Below are positions 51,530-61,351 of a stretch of 64,000 nucleotides of DNA, piece after piece (position 1 is the first letter of the stretch; every line of letters starts with the position of its first letter). The stretch is from the NCBI GenBank assembly GCA_002708715.1, contig PAPB01000028.1, positions 8,611 through 72,610 of the forward strand, given 5' to 3'. The translations under genes were made by a program, and so were the position numbers. This DNA comes from Fidelibacterota bacterium. GTDB lineage: Bacteria > Fidelibacterota > Marinisomatia > Marinisomatales > UBA1611. The notes beneath the pieces are model-generated. The model was not told where the DNA came from and ran no database searches. It saw only the letters and a list, made by a program, of their open reading frames with translations.

Positions 51530-53817
51530 TTTTTAATAGCCTGTTCTTTTAATGTTTCCACTTGAATAAAATAAACACCTGAGCTTAGTAGTAATCCATT
51601 TACCTTATTCAGATCTAAATGGATATTATGCTTACCTGATTTGAGGTTAAAATAATCTCTTGAAAGGACACTTTGACCTAGTAAATTATAAACTTTTATA
51701 TAAACGTTCCCACCAGAAAAATTTGTAAGACCAAACTCAAATTTCCCGTAAGATGGATTGGGAAATAAGGAATTAATTTTTAAAGGTATCTTAGGAAAAT
51801 TCATACTCTGAACTTTTTGGACACCTAAATAATTATCAAAAACAGAATAAAGTTTTAATGATTCTATTTCCCAACCTCTATAGTTTACTGTCTCATCTTT
51901 TAAAAATTCTAAGCGTATTTTCACATTTGAAAATAAACTATCATTCTCAGCACTTAAAAAATCATCTTCAAAAATGCTCCAATTATGTCCAGTCCAAAGT
52001 TTAGAGACTAGAATGTTATCATCGACATCTGTAATAGCAATTTTTATCGAGTCATAGTCCCACTCCGTCTCATATCTATGAGATACAGATAAAACCAAAC
52101 GATTACTCCCACTTACATCTATAATATCAGACTCAATCCATTGTAACCCATTGGAAGAATCACTATTGGAATAGTAAATATTGTCTTGGGATTTTAAAAT
52201 ATTATTATTTTCTACACACCAGGGACCAATACTGTTTTCAATTATCAATTCATTATTTAATAAAATAGGTATATTAGATCCATAATAAACATTCATCTCT
52301 TTATTTGCATTAATAAAGATTGTTTTCTCCCAAGGGATATAATCACCGCTCATTGCAAATTCAAAATGGTATTCACCCTCTGCTAAATCAAAATAATTAT
52401 CTCCAGAGGAAATTTCAATCTGCTCTTCTCTAAATTCATTTGATAAAACTCCACTTACTGTATGGCTTGATAAATCTTCATGAACCAATCTGATATTAAC
52501 CTGATAATTTTGCACAGGATTCAAATAAATATTATGCTCTGTGATACCACTGTTATTTGCTACAAGCGAAATACTCTGTTCGTAATAACCGTCTGCTCTA
52601 AATGAAAAGTTATAAGTACCTACTTCTAAAATACGCCTAAAGCGCCCAAATTCATTGGTTACCCTAGGTTTTAGAATAGAACCAGTATTTTCTAAAACCT
52701 CAACAATAACACCTTCTATTGGTTGATTAGTATTTGCATCAAAAACTCTACCTGTGACCTGAGCAGCATCTGCGTAATAACCAATAGCCCTATCCATCAG
52801 GTAAATCATAGCAGGTTTATTTCTATCTATAGTATCTTCGATAAGTGCACTATCTGGCTGAAGATTTGAGGTGCCACATTCCACAAGGTATTGCATACAT
52901 CCAGTTTCTCTATAAAACCAATCATGTAATTTCCCGTTTCGAGAACCACTAAAAACCGATAAATAAGTGCTAGTACCATCTTCTGTACTAATATTGCCTG
53001 CAAAATGATCTGCAATAGATTTCATAACTCCTAAATCTGGAGATTCTTTGACCTCCTCCCACTTCCATGAGGTAAATACTTTTTCTGATAGGTTACCTGA
53101 TCGTGAGCTATGCCATACAATAGAAAATACAAAATCGTTCTCTAAAGCAAGATCCCTAATTGCCTGTGCTTCACCCTCAGAGAAAGGTTCTTCACCTTTA
53201 TAATAGTCATAATGAGAGGCGTAGTCTGAATTATCTGGCTCAAGAAAAGTATCTCCGAATGCCCAATTAAAACTAAAATTTCTATTTAAATCAACTCCAT
53301 CTATATCATTACCAATAGAAGGATCATAATCGAATTCATTATTTGGGAAAGGACCGCTGGGAGATAAGTCTCTTTTATTTTTTCTGTAACTTAAATCTAA
53401 TCCATCATGGACAACATTGAGTCCTTCAGGATTAGCAGTAGGTATTAACCAAATATCTAGATATTGTTTTAAAATATTCATGTGAGATAGAATACTAGGA
53501 TCTGGAAATAGTAAATCATTTATTAAATCAATAATAATCTCAACACCCAGTATCTCCTCGGCGTGTACTTGGCCTATAAAAAGCACCCTAGGCTCATCCT
53601 CTTTAATATCTGCATTGTCTGAAATTCTCACAGCAAGAATTGGTATATTTTCTTGAGTGGATACACCAATGGTATCTAAGTGAAACCAGTCGTCAATCTC
53701 TTCAATTTGATTTAAAGAATCTAAAAGACTATATATTTCATCTACAGAATGGTAACGCTCATCCAGAGACTGCCCAACAAGAAATGAAAGAAATAATATA
53801 CTGAAAATAAACTTCAT
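51508..53817 (-). CDS. Secreted M14 zinc carboxypeptidase with CarboxypepD_reg-like and C-terminal sorting-like domains
   Basis: HAEE, PTANPEG, RKN, GVDLNRNF, WHS, VECG; VTGRVFDANT..TNEFG.F; FPNPS..SSGVYFI..KCIILK. Confidence 0.88.
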   Translation of the reverse strand: MKFIFSILFLSFLVGQSLDERYHSVDEIYSLLDSLNQIEEIDDWFHLDTIGVSTQENIPILAVRISDNADIKEDEPRVLFIGQVHAEEILGVEIIIDLINDLLFPDPSILSHMNILKQYLDIWLIPTANPEGLNVVHDGLDLSYRKNKRDLSPSGPFPNNEFDYDPSIGNDIDGVDLNRNFSFNWAFGDTFLEPDNSDYASHYDYYKGEEPFSEGEAQAIRDLALENDFVFSIVWHSSRSGNLSEKVFTSWKWEEVKESPDLGVMKSIADHFAGNISTEDGTSTYLSVFSGSRNGKLHDWFYRETGCMQYLVECGTSNLQPDSALIEDTIDRNKPAMIYLMDRAIGYYADAAQVTGRVFDANTNQPIEGVIVEVLENTGSILKPRVTNEFGRFRRILEVGTYNFSFRADGYYEQSISLVANNSGITEHNIYLNPVQNYQVNIRLVHEDLSSHTVSGVLSNEFREEQIEISSGDNYFDLAEGEYHFEFAMSGDYIPWEKTIFINANKEMNVYYGSNIPILLNNELIIENSIGPWCVENNNILKSQDNIYYSNSDSSNGLQWIESDIIDVSGSNRLVLSVSHRYETEWDYDSIKIAITDVDDNILVSKLWTGHNWSIFEDDFLSAENDSLFSNVKIRLEFLKDETVNYRGWEIESLKLYSVFDNYLGVQKVQSMNFPKIPLKINSLFPNPSYGKFEFGLTNFSGGNVYIKVYNLLGQSVLSRDYFNLKSGKHNIHLDLNKVNGLLLSSGVYFIQVETLKEQAIKKCIILKN

Positions 53818-53820
53818 TCT

Positions 53821-56800
53821 CTACTTTAAGTAAGTAATCTTACCTTGTGCAATATTATGCTTTGTGTAAAATTTATAAAGATAAATTCCGCTTGATATTG
53901 GTTCCCCTTTTTGATTAGTCCCGTTCCAAAAGATTCTCTGTTTTCCGCCGAAGCTAGGTAAAATCAATCTATCATATATTTTCCTTCCTGATAAATCATA
54001 TATGCTAAATGTAATGGATTGTTTTACAGGTGCATCAAAATCAAAATATATCTGACCATTAAATGGATTAGGATAGGCAGCGTTTAAATTAAATTGATTA
54101 GGTACTTCACAGTTGGTGCAAGATGGCCTAGATGATAAAAGAGTGGCTTTCATTAATGTTTTACCATAATAGTTTGCCAAATCTTCTTTACCTGAGCTTC
54201 TATAATCGATCCAATCAAGAAAATATTCTTCTCCAGAATGCTTAGTAATATTCACACTTTGCTGCTTATGATAAGCAATACAAATAGATATCCCATTAAC
54301 GTCAGTTGTCATTCCTTGTCCAATAATATAACCACTACCATACAAATCAACACCGTTAATTAAAAGTGGGTCAGAATTATAATACCCTCTCTCATCCTCC
54401 CAGACTATCAAAAACTCACTATCCTGCACTAGGGCAAGTTTAGGGTTGTATTGGTTAGTAGTATCACTTGAGAATTGAATACTTTGATCGCTCAAAGAAC
54501 CTGACCCTAGATCTAAAACATCACCAAATATTTCAAAATCTACCCCATTACGATAATCCTCCCAGGCAATAAATGCATGTGTTTTATTTCCATTTAATTC
54601 AAAAGAAAAATTAACCTGATCATTATCGGCTTCAGAAATAGGTACACCCCCATCTGTCCATAGATTTTCACCATCCCAATTCAACATTTGGGCATAGATA
54701 TCTGAAAAATTACCATCTTGTGACCATACTGCTAAAATACCACTATCATCAGTAACAGGCTTTACTTTTAAATTTCTAGAATCAAAAGAGCTATTACTAA
54801 GACTGTTTCCATTTGGATTCCAACCAATTTCGATATTTCCTTCAGCATCAATTTTTGTAAATTTTAAAGAAGATGCTGGCCATGCATCTTCCATCCAGAA
54901 TATCATAAAATTGCCATCAGGAGTTGGAACCACAGCCATTATATAATCATCGGCGTTTGATCCAACTAATTCAATACCATCATTGTCTAATGTAAAATTT
55001 CCATTTAGATCTAGCTTTTGATAATAAATATCATAATTAAATCCTCTACTCTCCGACCAAAAACAACCAATACCATCTGGAGTCTCAAATAGCATCGCAC
55101 TACGCATATCAAAAACTGCAGAAAGAGCGATACCTGATGGATCCCAGGCATTAGTTAGATCATCAAGCACTCTATTAATCCGAATAAATTTTGGAGAAGA
55201 TGATCCATCAAATGTTGCAGTATATAGACCACTTGAAGCATCCAAAATAACTGGAGTAGAAAAATCAGTTTCCGAAGAAGAATTATCACCAAATGTAATT
55301 TGTGCACCATTAGGATATAATGCCGATAGATCAGTGAGCCTATTGCTATATATTGTTTTTGATGCACGATTATCTTCCCAAACATGTAGAAGTTCTTGAT
55401 CATCTATGCGATATGTATGGGAGTAATTCACATCACCATCTAAACCATCCATAGTTACTAACCCAGTCTCGCTCCAAACTGTACTAAAATCTGCACTTAA
55501 TTTCTGAACCATAAGGTCTATGCTTCCTGATCCTTGGTCCGCATATATTGCATAGAGCCCACTTTGGTTATTACCACTTAATATTGGCGAAAATTGATAA
55601 CCAGTATTATCTGAAATGTGTATTGGTTCAGTTAAACTATAACTACCATCAGAATTAATATTTTGAAAGAGGATATCCACATCAGGAAAAGTACCTCTTT
55701 CCCAGATTACACTTACACCTCCTTGACTGCTAGCAGAAAACCTTGCACTGAAATCAACATCTTCAACAGGATCTAGGCGGATTCCATCACCCCACTGCTG
55801 ATCTCCATCTGTATTAATTTTTTGAAAATATTGATCTCCATCAATTGGATCATCTCTGAGATCTTTCCAATTAACAAATACCTCTCCCATGCTATTTCTC
55901 TTTACCCGTGGTGCAGTCTGCAAAGCATTATTAGTGGAAATAGGTTTAGGATCGGGGAAGACTAAACCATCCTGATTAATTAGTTGATATAAAACCTTAG
56001 AATTTTCATCACCTCTTTTCCAAGCAATAAATGAAACATTATTATTTACAAAAGTGGCTCTTGGTTTTAACTCCTGTTCATCGCTAGCTGCAATAGGTAG
56101 CCCATTTTCTTCAAACAATCCTAACATATTGACGTCTAAGCGTTGACCATATATATCTGCATTGGCACCCTGACGAAAATCAGCCCAGGCAATAAAGGCT
56201 TCATTATTTCCAGCATATTCTATAGTCTTTGCATTTTGGTTGCCTCCCTCAACAACAATGGGGACACCTACTCCTTGAGCTAAAACTTCATGATTTGCAG
56301 ATACATGGGTGCCATAAATATCATCATCAACCCCGCCTCGTTTATCCTGCCAAGTGATAAACACACCCCCTAGACTATCAGTACACATATTAATAGTTAT
56401 CTGCTTTCCTACAACCTCAGCTAAAGCGACTCCATTCGAATCAAGTAATATTTCACCATTAGTATTTACATGCTGTAGAAAGATATCACCCTGAGCATCA
56501 AATCTGTAATCAACCCAAGCAATAAAGGCACCACCAACTCCATCTGTTATCGCAACTGGGTCCTCTTGCCTTCCTGGTAGATTAGTAATAATCGCTCCTG
56601 AATCGCCCCATAACAAGTCACCGTCTTGATTGATTTTATGAGCAAATATATTTCTCATTCCATAGCGAGTATCTGACCAGACAAATATCGCTTCACCTTC
56701 GTTTCCTGGGGCAGTAGTCCTGTACCATTCAATATGAACACCTTGTCTTATAGGTGCTCCATCCTGATCATTAAAACCAGAAGCATAAATTTGTACTAAA

Positions 56801-56832
56801 AAGCACAAAGTAATAAACAATTTCTTATTCAT
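53821..56832 (-). CDS. Secreted WxDxR-repeat (beta-propeller-like) protein with C-terminal sorting-like domain
   Basis: Repeated WSDTR/WVDYR/WQDKR/WADFR/WKDLR/WEDNR/WEDYR/WEDER/WIDYR with DIY.Q..N..G...W; AYPNPFN..SSGIYLY..KITYLK. Confidence 0.75.
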   Translation of the reverse strand: MNKKLFITLCFLVQIYASGFNDQDGAPIRQGVHIEWYRTTAPGNEGEAIFVWSDTRYGMRNIFAHKINQDGDLLWGDSGAIITNLPGRQEDPVAITDGVGGAFIAWVDYRFDAQGDIFLQHVNTNGEILLDSNGVALAEVVGKQITINMCTDSLGGVFITWQDKRGGVDDDIYGTHVSANHEVLAQGVGVPIVVEGGNQNAKTIEYAGNNEAFIAWADFRQGANADIYGQRLDVNMLGLFEENGLPIAASDEQELKPRATFVNNNVSFIAWKRGDENSKVLYQLINQDGLVFPDPKPISTNNALQTAPRVKRNSMGEVFVNWKDLRDDPIDGDQYFQKINTDGDQQWGDGIRLDPVEDVDFSARFSASSQGGVSVIWERGTFPDVDILFQNINSDGSYSLTEPIHISDNTGYQFSPILSGNNQSGLYAIYADQGSGSIDLMVQKLSADFSTVWSETGLVTMDGLDGDVNYSHTYRIDDQELLHVWEDNRASKTIYSNRLTDLSALYPNGAQITFGDNSSSETDFSTPVILDASSGLYTATFDGSSSPKFIRINRVLDDLTNAWDPSGIALSAVFDMRSAMLFETPDGIGCFWSESRGFNYDIYYQKLDLNGNFTLDNDGIELVGSNADDYIMAVVPTPDGNFMIFWMEDAWPASSLKFTKIDAEGNIEIGWNPNGNSLSNSSFDSRNLKVKPVTDDSGILAVWSQDGNFSDIYAQMLNWDGENLWTDGGVPISEADNDQVNFSFELNGNKTHAFIAWEDYRNGVDFEIFGDVLDLGSGSLSDQSIQFSSDTTNQYNPKLALVQDSEFLIVWEDERGYYNSDPLLINGVDLYGSGYIIGQGMTTDVNGISICIAYHKQQSVNITKHSGEEYFLDWIDYRSSGKEDLANYYGKTLMKATLLSSRPSCTNCEVPNQFNLNAAYPNPFNGQIYFDFDAPVKQSITFSIYDLSGRKIYDRLILPSFGGKQRIFWNGTNQKGEPISSGIYLYKFYTKHNIAQGKITYLK

Positions 56833-56864
56833 TGTTATCCTTTATAAAATTTTATAATTATCTT

Positions 56865-57893
56865 TTATTGTGTTATAGTTATTAGTTGCAAACCTTCTCT
56901 TGAACATACCAATAATTTGCCTTCCCAAAAAGCAGACATATAAGAATAACCAATAGGAAACACACCTCTTTCAATGGGACTTTCGGGGTTAGAGATATCA
57001 TATAATGCGATACCTTTTGACCCCAATGACAGGACCGCAATATTACTATTAGTGGCTATGTGATCTACAGTGAAATCCTGAGCAAAAGAGAAGGATATTT
57101 TGGATGTTGAAAAGCTTTCAAACGGAATATAAGTAGCACCAGCATTATCACAAGCAACAAAAACTCCAGATGTAGATAAAGTTACTTTTTCCGCATTACC
57201 TTCAGTGTCTACACGACCTACAAATTCTGGATTAGCACCAAGTGAATCAATTGTATAGAGCTCCACACCTAATTGATCTACAGCCATTACAATTTTAGAT
57301 TGGCCATCTGAATCTATACCTAGTGGTTTTCCAGGTGTATATAACTCAGCATCTTCAATAGGAGGATATACAGGATTCCAATTTATTTGGTCAAATACAT
57401 CAACGGGCTCATATATACTCCATTTTAGGCCATCATCATTATCCGCAGAGTACATTACAAATTGACCTGAGCCAGATGGATATGATATAAAATCTTTTGT
57501 GCGAGCACTCATTATTGTATTGCGATATATAAGACTATCACCACCATCAAAGTGAAATATTTTGACATCCTGATTCGATTCTGATACAAATAATAGATCA
57601 TTAATAGCATCGCGACCTACCAACGCAAGATCTTCAAATTCTAAAAACGTCCCAAGTTCCTCATATCCTTTGTAATCATAGAGTAAAGAATGACCAGGAA
57701 GATCCCATACCTGAACGCCAGATTGACCAGCAGCAACAAAAGCACTACTTCCCTCAACTGTTATGGATCTCGCAAATCCTTCAGTCTGCATTATAGTTTC
57801 AATTGAAACAGACCAAAGGTCTTCAGTATTTGGCTCCATACAACTTTGCAATATTAAAATTAATATTAAAACTGATTTCTTAATATTTGTCAT
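56865..57893 (-). CDS. LVIVD-repeat lipoprotein
   Basis: Lipobox LQSC; AFVAAGQSGVQVWDL, DTEGNAEKV, GIALYDISNPESP. Confidence 0.75.
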   Translation of the reverse strand: MTNIKKSVLILILILQSCMEPNTEDLWSVSIETIMQTEGFARSITVEGSSAFVAAGQSGVQVWDLPGHSLLYDYKGYEELGTFLEFEDLALVGRDAINDLLFVSESNQDVKIFHFDGGDSLIYRNTIMSARTKDFISYPSGSGQFVMYSADNDDGLKWSIYEPVDVFDQINWNPVYPPIEDAELYTPGKPLGIDSDGQSKIVMAVDQLGVELYTIDSLGANPEFVGRVDTEGNAEKVTLSTSGVFVACDNAGATYIPFESFSTSKISFSFAQDFTVDHIATNSNIAVLSLGSKGIALYDISNPESPIERGVFPIGYSYMSAFWEGKLLVCSREGLQLITITQ

Positions 57894-58911
57894 ACATCAA
57901 ATCCCATTCTATATTAACCCAGTACTGAATCTGGTTAAAACTTTTTAAATTACTTACCCACTGAAAAGCAGAGTCTGTAACCCTAGATCTGTAGCGACTT
58001 GAAATTTTAATTGAAATATCTTCACCTATGCTTTTTCTAATCCACAAATCATATTTTCTATCAATATGGCTACGACCAGCATGTAAAACATCATTAGGGT
58101 CCTCTGCATCATAGGTTCTTTTTTCAGCTCTATATGAGAAGCCAAATGAACTAAGAAAAGGTCCATTATATTTAAACTTAAATGGTAAAAAGACTTCTCT
58201 GGTGTTATATGACCTATCAAAACTACTTGGTCGTATAGGTCCAATATGTGATTCGCTCAACGCTCTTCCTTGGTTAACCTGTAATGCTAGTGTTCCTATT
58301 CTCTTTAGCTTATAGTTCAATTTGGCCCTTAAATTTATAATATCTAGATCAAATTCGGTAAATGGTTTTTCGTAATATCTTTGCAAATATCCAGCTCCAA
58401 TATTTATCCAAGAATATTTTGTTATACGCTGAGTTACAGTGATAATTTGATCCCTATCTGAAAAATAACATGCCTCTAATCTGTTAGTACTAATATCCTT
58501 ATTCACATAATGTCTCAAATAAAATTTATCTAAATGACGCAATGAGAATTTTATATTTTTATAGGAACCCCATTTATAAATCAGATCAAGTCCTGAGGAC
58601 CAATATCTCTTGTCTTGTGCATTAACATAACTTGATAGTGAAAATTTTGTATTCATTGAAAGATTTCTATTTTTAGAGATCCACAGATCTTTTTTTGATG
58701 AAAAACCAAATTTTGATATAAAACTATCAAAATGGGTTGACCTACCTAAAATATCTGGTGTTTGAGAAGCATTATCAATTTCTTCTACTGAAAAACGCAT
58801 AACATTGCTATCATACCCACTTGCTAAACTTATAGTATAGTCCCAAGGTGTTCTTGCAATTAGCAATGAAAAACTTGCAATAAAATAAAGTGTAGATTGT
58901 ATTGATTTCAT
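57880..58911 (-). CDS. Probable outer-membrane beta-barrel protein, Arg/Lys-rich
   Basis: Signal peptide; N-terminal GYDSNV motif; alternating aromatic strands; C-terminal YWVNIEW. Confidence 0.65.
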   Translation of the reverse strand: MKSIQSTLYFIASFSLLIARTPWDYTISLASGYDSNVMRFSVEEIDNASQTPDILGRSTHFDSFISKFGFSSKKDLWISKNRNLSMNTKFSLSSYVNAQDKRYWSSGLDLIYKWGSYKNIKFSLRHLDKFYLRHYVNKDISTNRLEACYFSDRDQIITVTQRITKYSWINIGAGYLQRYYEKPFTEFDLDIINLRAKLNYKLKRIGTLALQVNQGRALSESHIGPIRPSSFDRSYNTREVFLPFKFKYNGPFLSSFGFSYRAEKRTYDAEDPNDVLHAGRSHIDRKYDLWIRKSIGEDISIKISSRYRSRVTDSAFQWVSNLKSFNQIQYWVNIEWDLMYDKY

Positions 58912-59786
58912 TAGTAAAGTATAAAACGTGTAAGTATCGCTTTATCCTTATCAGGAATTTCAATAGAATAATGATGCTTACCCTTTGGCACCTTTATTTC
59001 ACAGGTTCGCCATTTTCCAGGCACCATATCCATCCTTTTTAAAATTTGCGCGTCAGATGATCTTTCTGTACTAAAATAGTAAGTTCCAATAATTTTATTT
59101 TTTTCCTTTACTTTTATTCGATATGATTCTTCTTGACCCATCATATCCGAAAATTGAAGTCTACTCATAATCCGAAGAGTCTTTTTCCCTTTAGCTTCAA
59201 TTTTTAAGGGATATTGAGATGTGCATTCAAAATAGGATACTTTCTCATCTTCAATCTTTAATTCAATAGCGTTCTGGTGAACCATGGGCTGTAGGATTTT
59301 CTTTTTCTTATTCACAACACCAAATTCTTTAGCCAAAACTCTAAGTAAAACAGGGTATTTTGATTTATTCTCTTTAATAAGTTCTATTTTATGAGTACCC
59401 TGGCTAAGATTAATAAAATAGTTACCTGAGTAAGTATACTTATGTTTTGGATGTTGGACTGATTTTATTGACTTCTGTATTTTATATCGATGATTAACAG
59501 TTATTGTATCTTTATCATCAATAATAATTCGATATCTAAAAGAGTGGCTTTTGCCTTTTTTCTTTAATACTGGATACCTTGAAATAAATTCTAATCGCGT
59601 AGGCCCTTCTACGGAATAATGGATACCACTTTTTTCAAGAGGATAGTATAGCCTCCTTTTCCCATTAATAATTAATATTTCTTTTTTTTCACCATTTTGC
59701 GATGGTTTTAATAGTTTTGCCTCAATAGGAAAAACTAAAAAAAATAAAAATAATATAAAAAATTTAGAGTAGACTGTCTGGTTCAT
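58911..59786 (-). CDS. Hypothetical secreted, highly basic two-domain protein
   Basis: Signal peptide ending IEA; internal duplication VEGPTRLEFISR / AKGKKTLRIMSR and GTHKIEL / GKHHYSI; very K-rich. Confidence 0.65.
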   Translation of the reverse strand: MNQTVYSKFFILFLFFLVFPIEAKLLKPSQNGEKKEILIINGKRRLYYPLEKSGIHYSVEGPTRLEFISRYPVLKKKGKSHSFRYRIIIDDKDTITVNHRYKIQKSIKSVQHPKHKYTYSGNYFINLSQGTHKIELIKENKSKYPVLLRVLAKEFGVVNKKKKILQPMVHQNAIELKIEDEKVSYFECTSQYPLKIEAKGKKTLRIMSRLQFSDMMGQEESYRIKVKEKNKIIGTYYFSTERSSDAQILKRMDMVPGKWRTCEIKVPKGKHHYSIEIPDKDKAILTRFILY

Positions 59787-60915
59787 GTTGAATTAAATGT
59801 TGTTTAATATTTTTTTTACTTTTAACACCCACAATCAATACACTTCCCGATACAATCAACATACAAATGGAAGCCACTAATAGACTGTAATGTTCTTTTT
59901 TATATAAACTCCCATCACCTATCTCTGGAATAGGGATTGGAGCAAATGGTATTTTAAACTGTTCCGTAAGCGGTTTAATATTTAAAATATGTAAACCATG
60001 CACACCTGAATTTATGAATTTAGAGAACACTCCTTCAATACCTCCTGGCCTACTAATATTCATTAGGTCGGACCTATTCACAATACCTGGAGGTAATAAT
60101 TTTGAATTAAAACTCGTTCCTAAACTTGCAACTCCACCACCCACATTTATAACCGCTTTATAATTTTCAATTGGCAAATAGGATGAAAATATATTCAGCC
60201 TTGTACTTATATTTTCAGCTAATTTTTTATTTTTAATAAGAGGAATACCATAAGAAGATATATTATCAGTGATAATTTTCCTACCAGCAGGAGAAAGTAA
60301 CCTTCCCATATCATTTCGACCACCAATAGAAGCAGCTATACTTTTTGAAATATAAAGTCCATTATCTACTAATGTATATTCCATATCTAACCAAGTAAAG
60401 TCAGTATGGTTTGCCCCCCACTGTGAAGCGCCCAGGCTCGAAATGATAACTGGTGTAATACCCATTGCTTGGCATGCAGACAAAACGGCAAGATTAGCTC
60501 CAGGCATTGAACCCGTCATTAATACCGCAACAGTATCATTGGACTTAAGGTTGATTTGGACCATAAGGTCAACAATGACTGCAGAAAAGTTTGGATCTAA
60601 AGTTGTTAATTTTGAGTCTAAATCTCCTTCATCAGTTGTTATCAAACTAAAAGGACTACCCACTAAACCAGTTTCATTAGGATCATTTTCAATGTCAACG
60701 AAAACACCTTTTTCCATTCTTTGATTTTTAAGTATTTGCATAGCATCATTCATCAAATTTGCAGCAATGATTTTTTGGTCATAAGAGTTAGATTTTTCTA
60801 TAACTTTATAATTAATTGTAATTATAAAGCATAAAAGCGCTAAAATTGATAACCAAACAAGAGTTGATGTTTTTTGAATCGCTGGAATAAATGGCTGTTT
60901 TTTATAATTGTTCAA
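59764..60915 (-). CDS. pgsW: Poly-gamma-glutamate system protein PgsW
   Basis: N- and C-terminal TM; DPNETGLVG..ITT..G.L..K.TT..PNF, TGSMPGANLA, GASQWGAN, INVGGG; follows pgsC; start reassigned to TTG 60915. Confidence 0.85.
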   Translation of the reverse strand: MNNYKKQPFIPAIQKTSTLVWLSILALLCFIITINYKVIEKSNSYDQKIIAANLMNDAMQILKNQRMEKGVFVDIENDPNETGLVGSPFSLITTDEGDLDSKLTTLDPNFSAVIVDLMVQINLKSNDTVAVLMTGSMPGANLAVLSACQAMGITPVIISSLGASQWGANHTDFTWLDMEYTLVDNGLYISKSIAASIGGRNDMGRLLSPAGRKIITDNISSYGIPLIKNKKLAENISTRLNIFSSYLPIENYKAVINVGGGVASLGTSFNSKLLPPGIVNRSDLMNISRPGGIEGVFSKFINSGVHGLHILNIKPLTEQFKIPFAPIPIPEIGDGSLYKKEHYSLLVASICMLIVSGSVLIVGVKSKKNIKQHLIQHEPDSLL

Positions 60916-61351
60916 ATAAAACCCCACCAAAAAGTAAAATAATTGCAAGTTTTACTATCACAGCCGTAAGGATTACCACTGAAAGAGTTCTTATAACACC
61001 CTGTCTATCCATCCAATTTGCTATTAACCCTGGTATAATATTACCAATAACAGCTACAGAACCTATTTCTGATGGTATAAAAATAAAATTTCTAGATAAA
61101 AAACCGAAAAAGAAACCTAAGATCAAAGCTAAAACAATTCGTCTTTTCCCATATAAAAATACTTTTTTCCCTAATATTTGTATTATTGCCCACACTATTA
61201 TTGCAACAACAAATGTTATAATAATTTGAAGTGGTTGATGCAAATATAATGATATATAGCCTGGAACAATAATTCCTCCTGCTGTAACACCCAGTGTCTC
61301 AGATAACAAAAGACTTAAAATAATACCGAGACCTATAGTGACTTCATCCAT
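60902..61351 (-). CDS. pgsC: Poly-gamma-glutamate biosynthesis protein PgsC/CapC
   Basis: LSE..G..AGGIIVPGY, LYGKRR, IG.IIPGLIANWMDRQG. Confidence 0.95.
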   Translation of the reverse strand: MDEVTIGLGIILSLLLSETLGVTAGGIIVPGYISLYLHQPLQIIITFVVAIIVWAIIQILGKKVFLYGKRRIVLALILGFFFGFLSRNFIFIPSEIGSVAVIGNIIPGLIANWMDRQGVIRTLSVVILTAVIVKLAIILLFGGVLFEQL

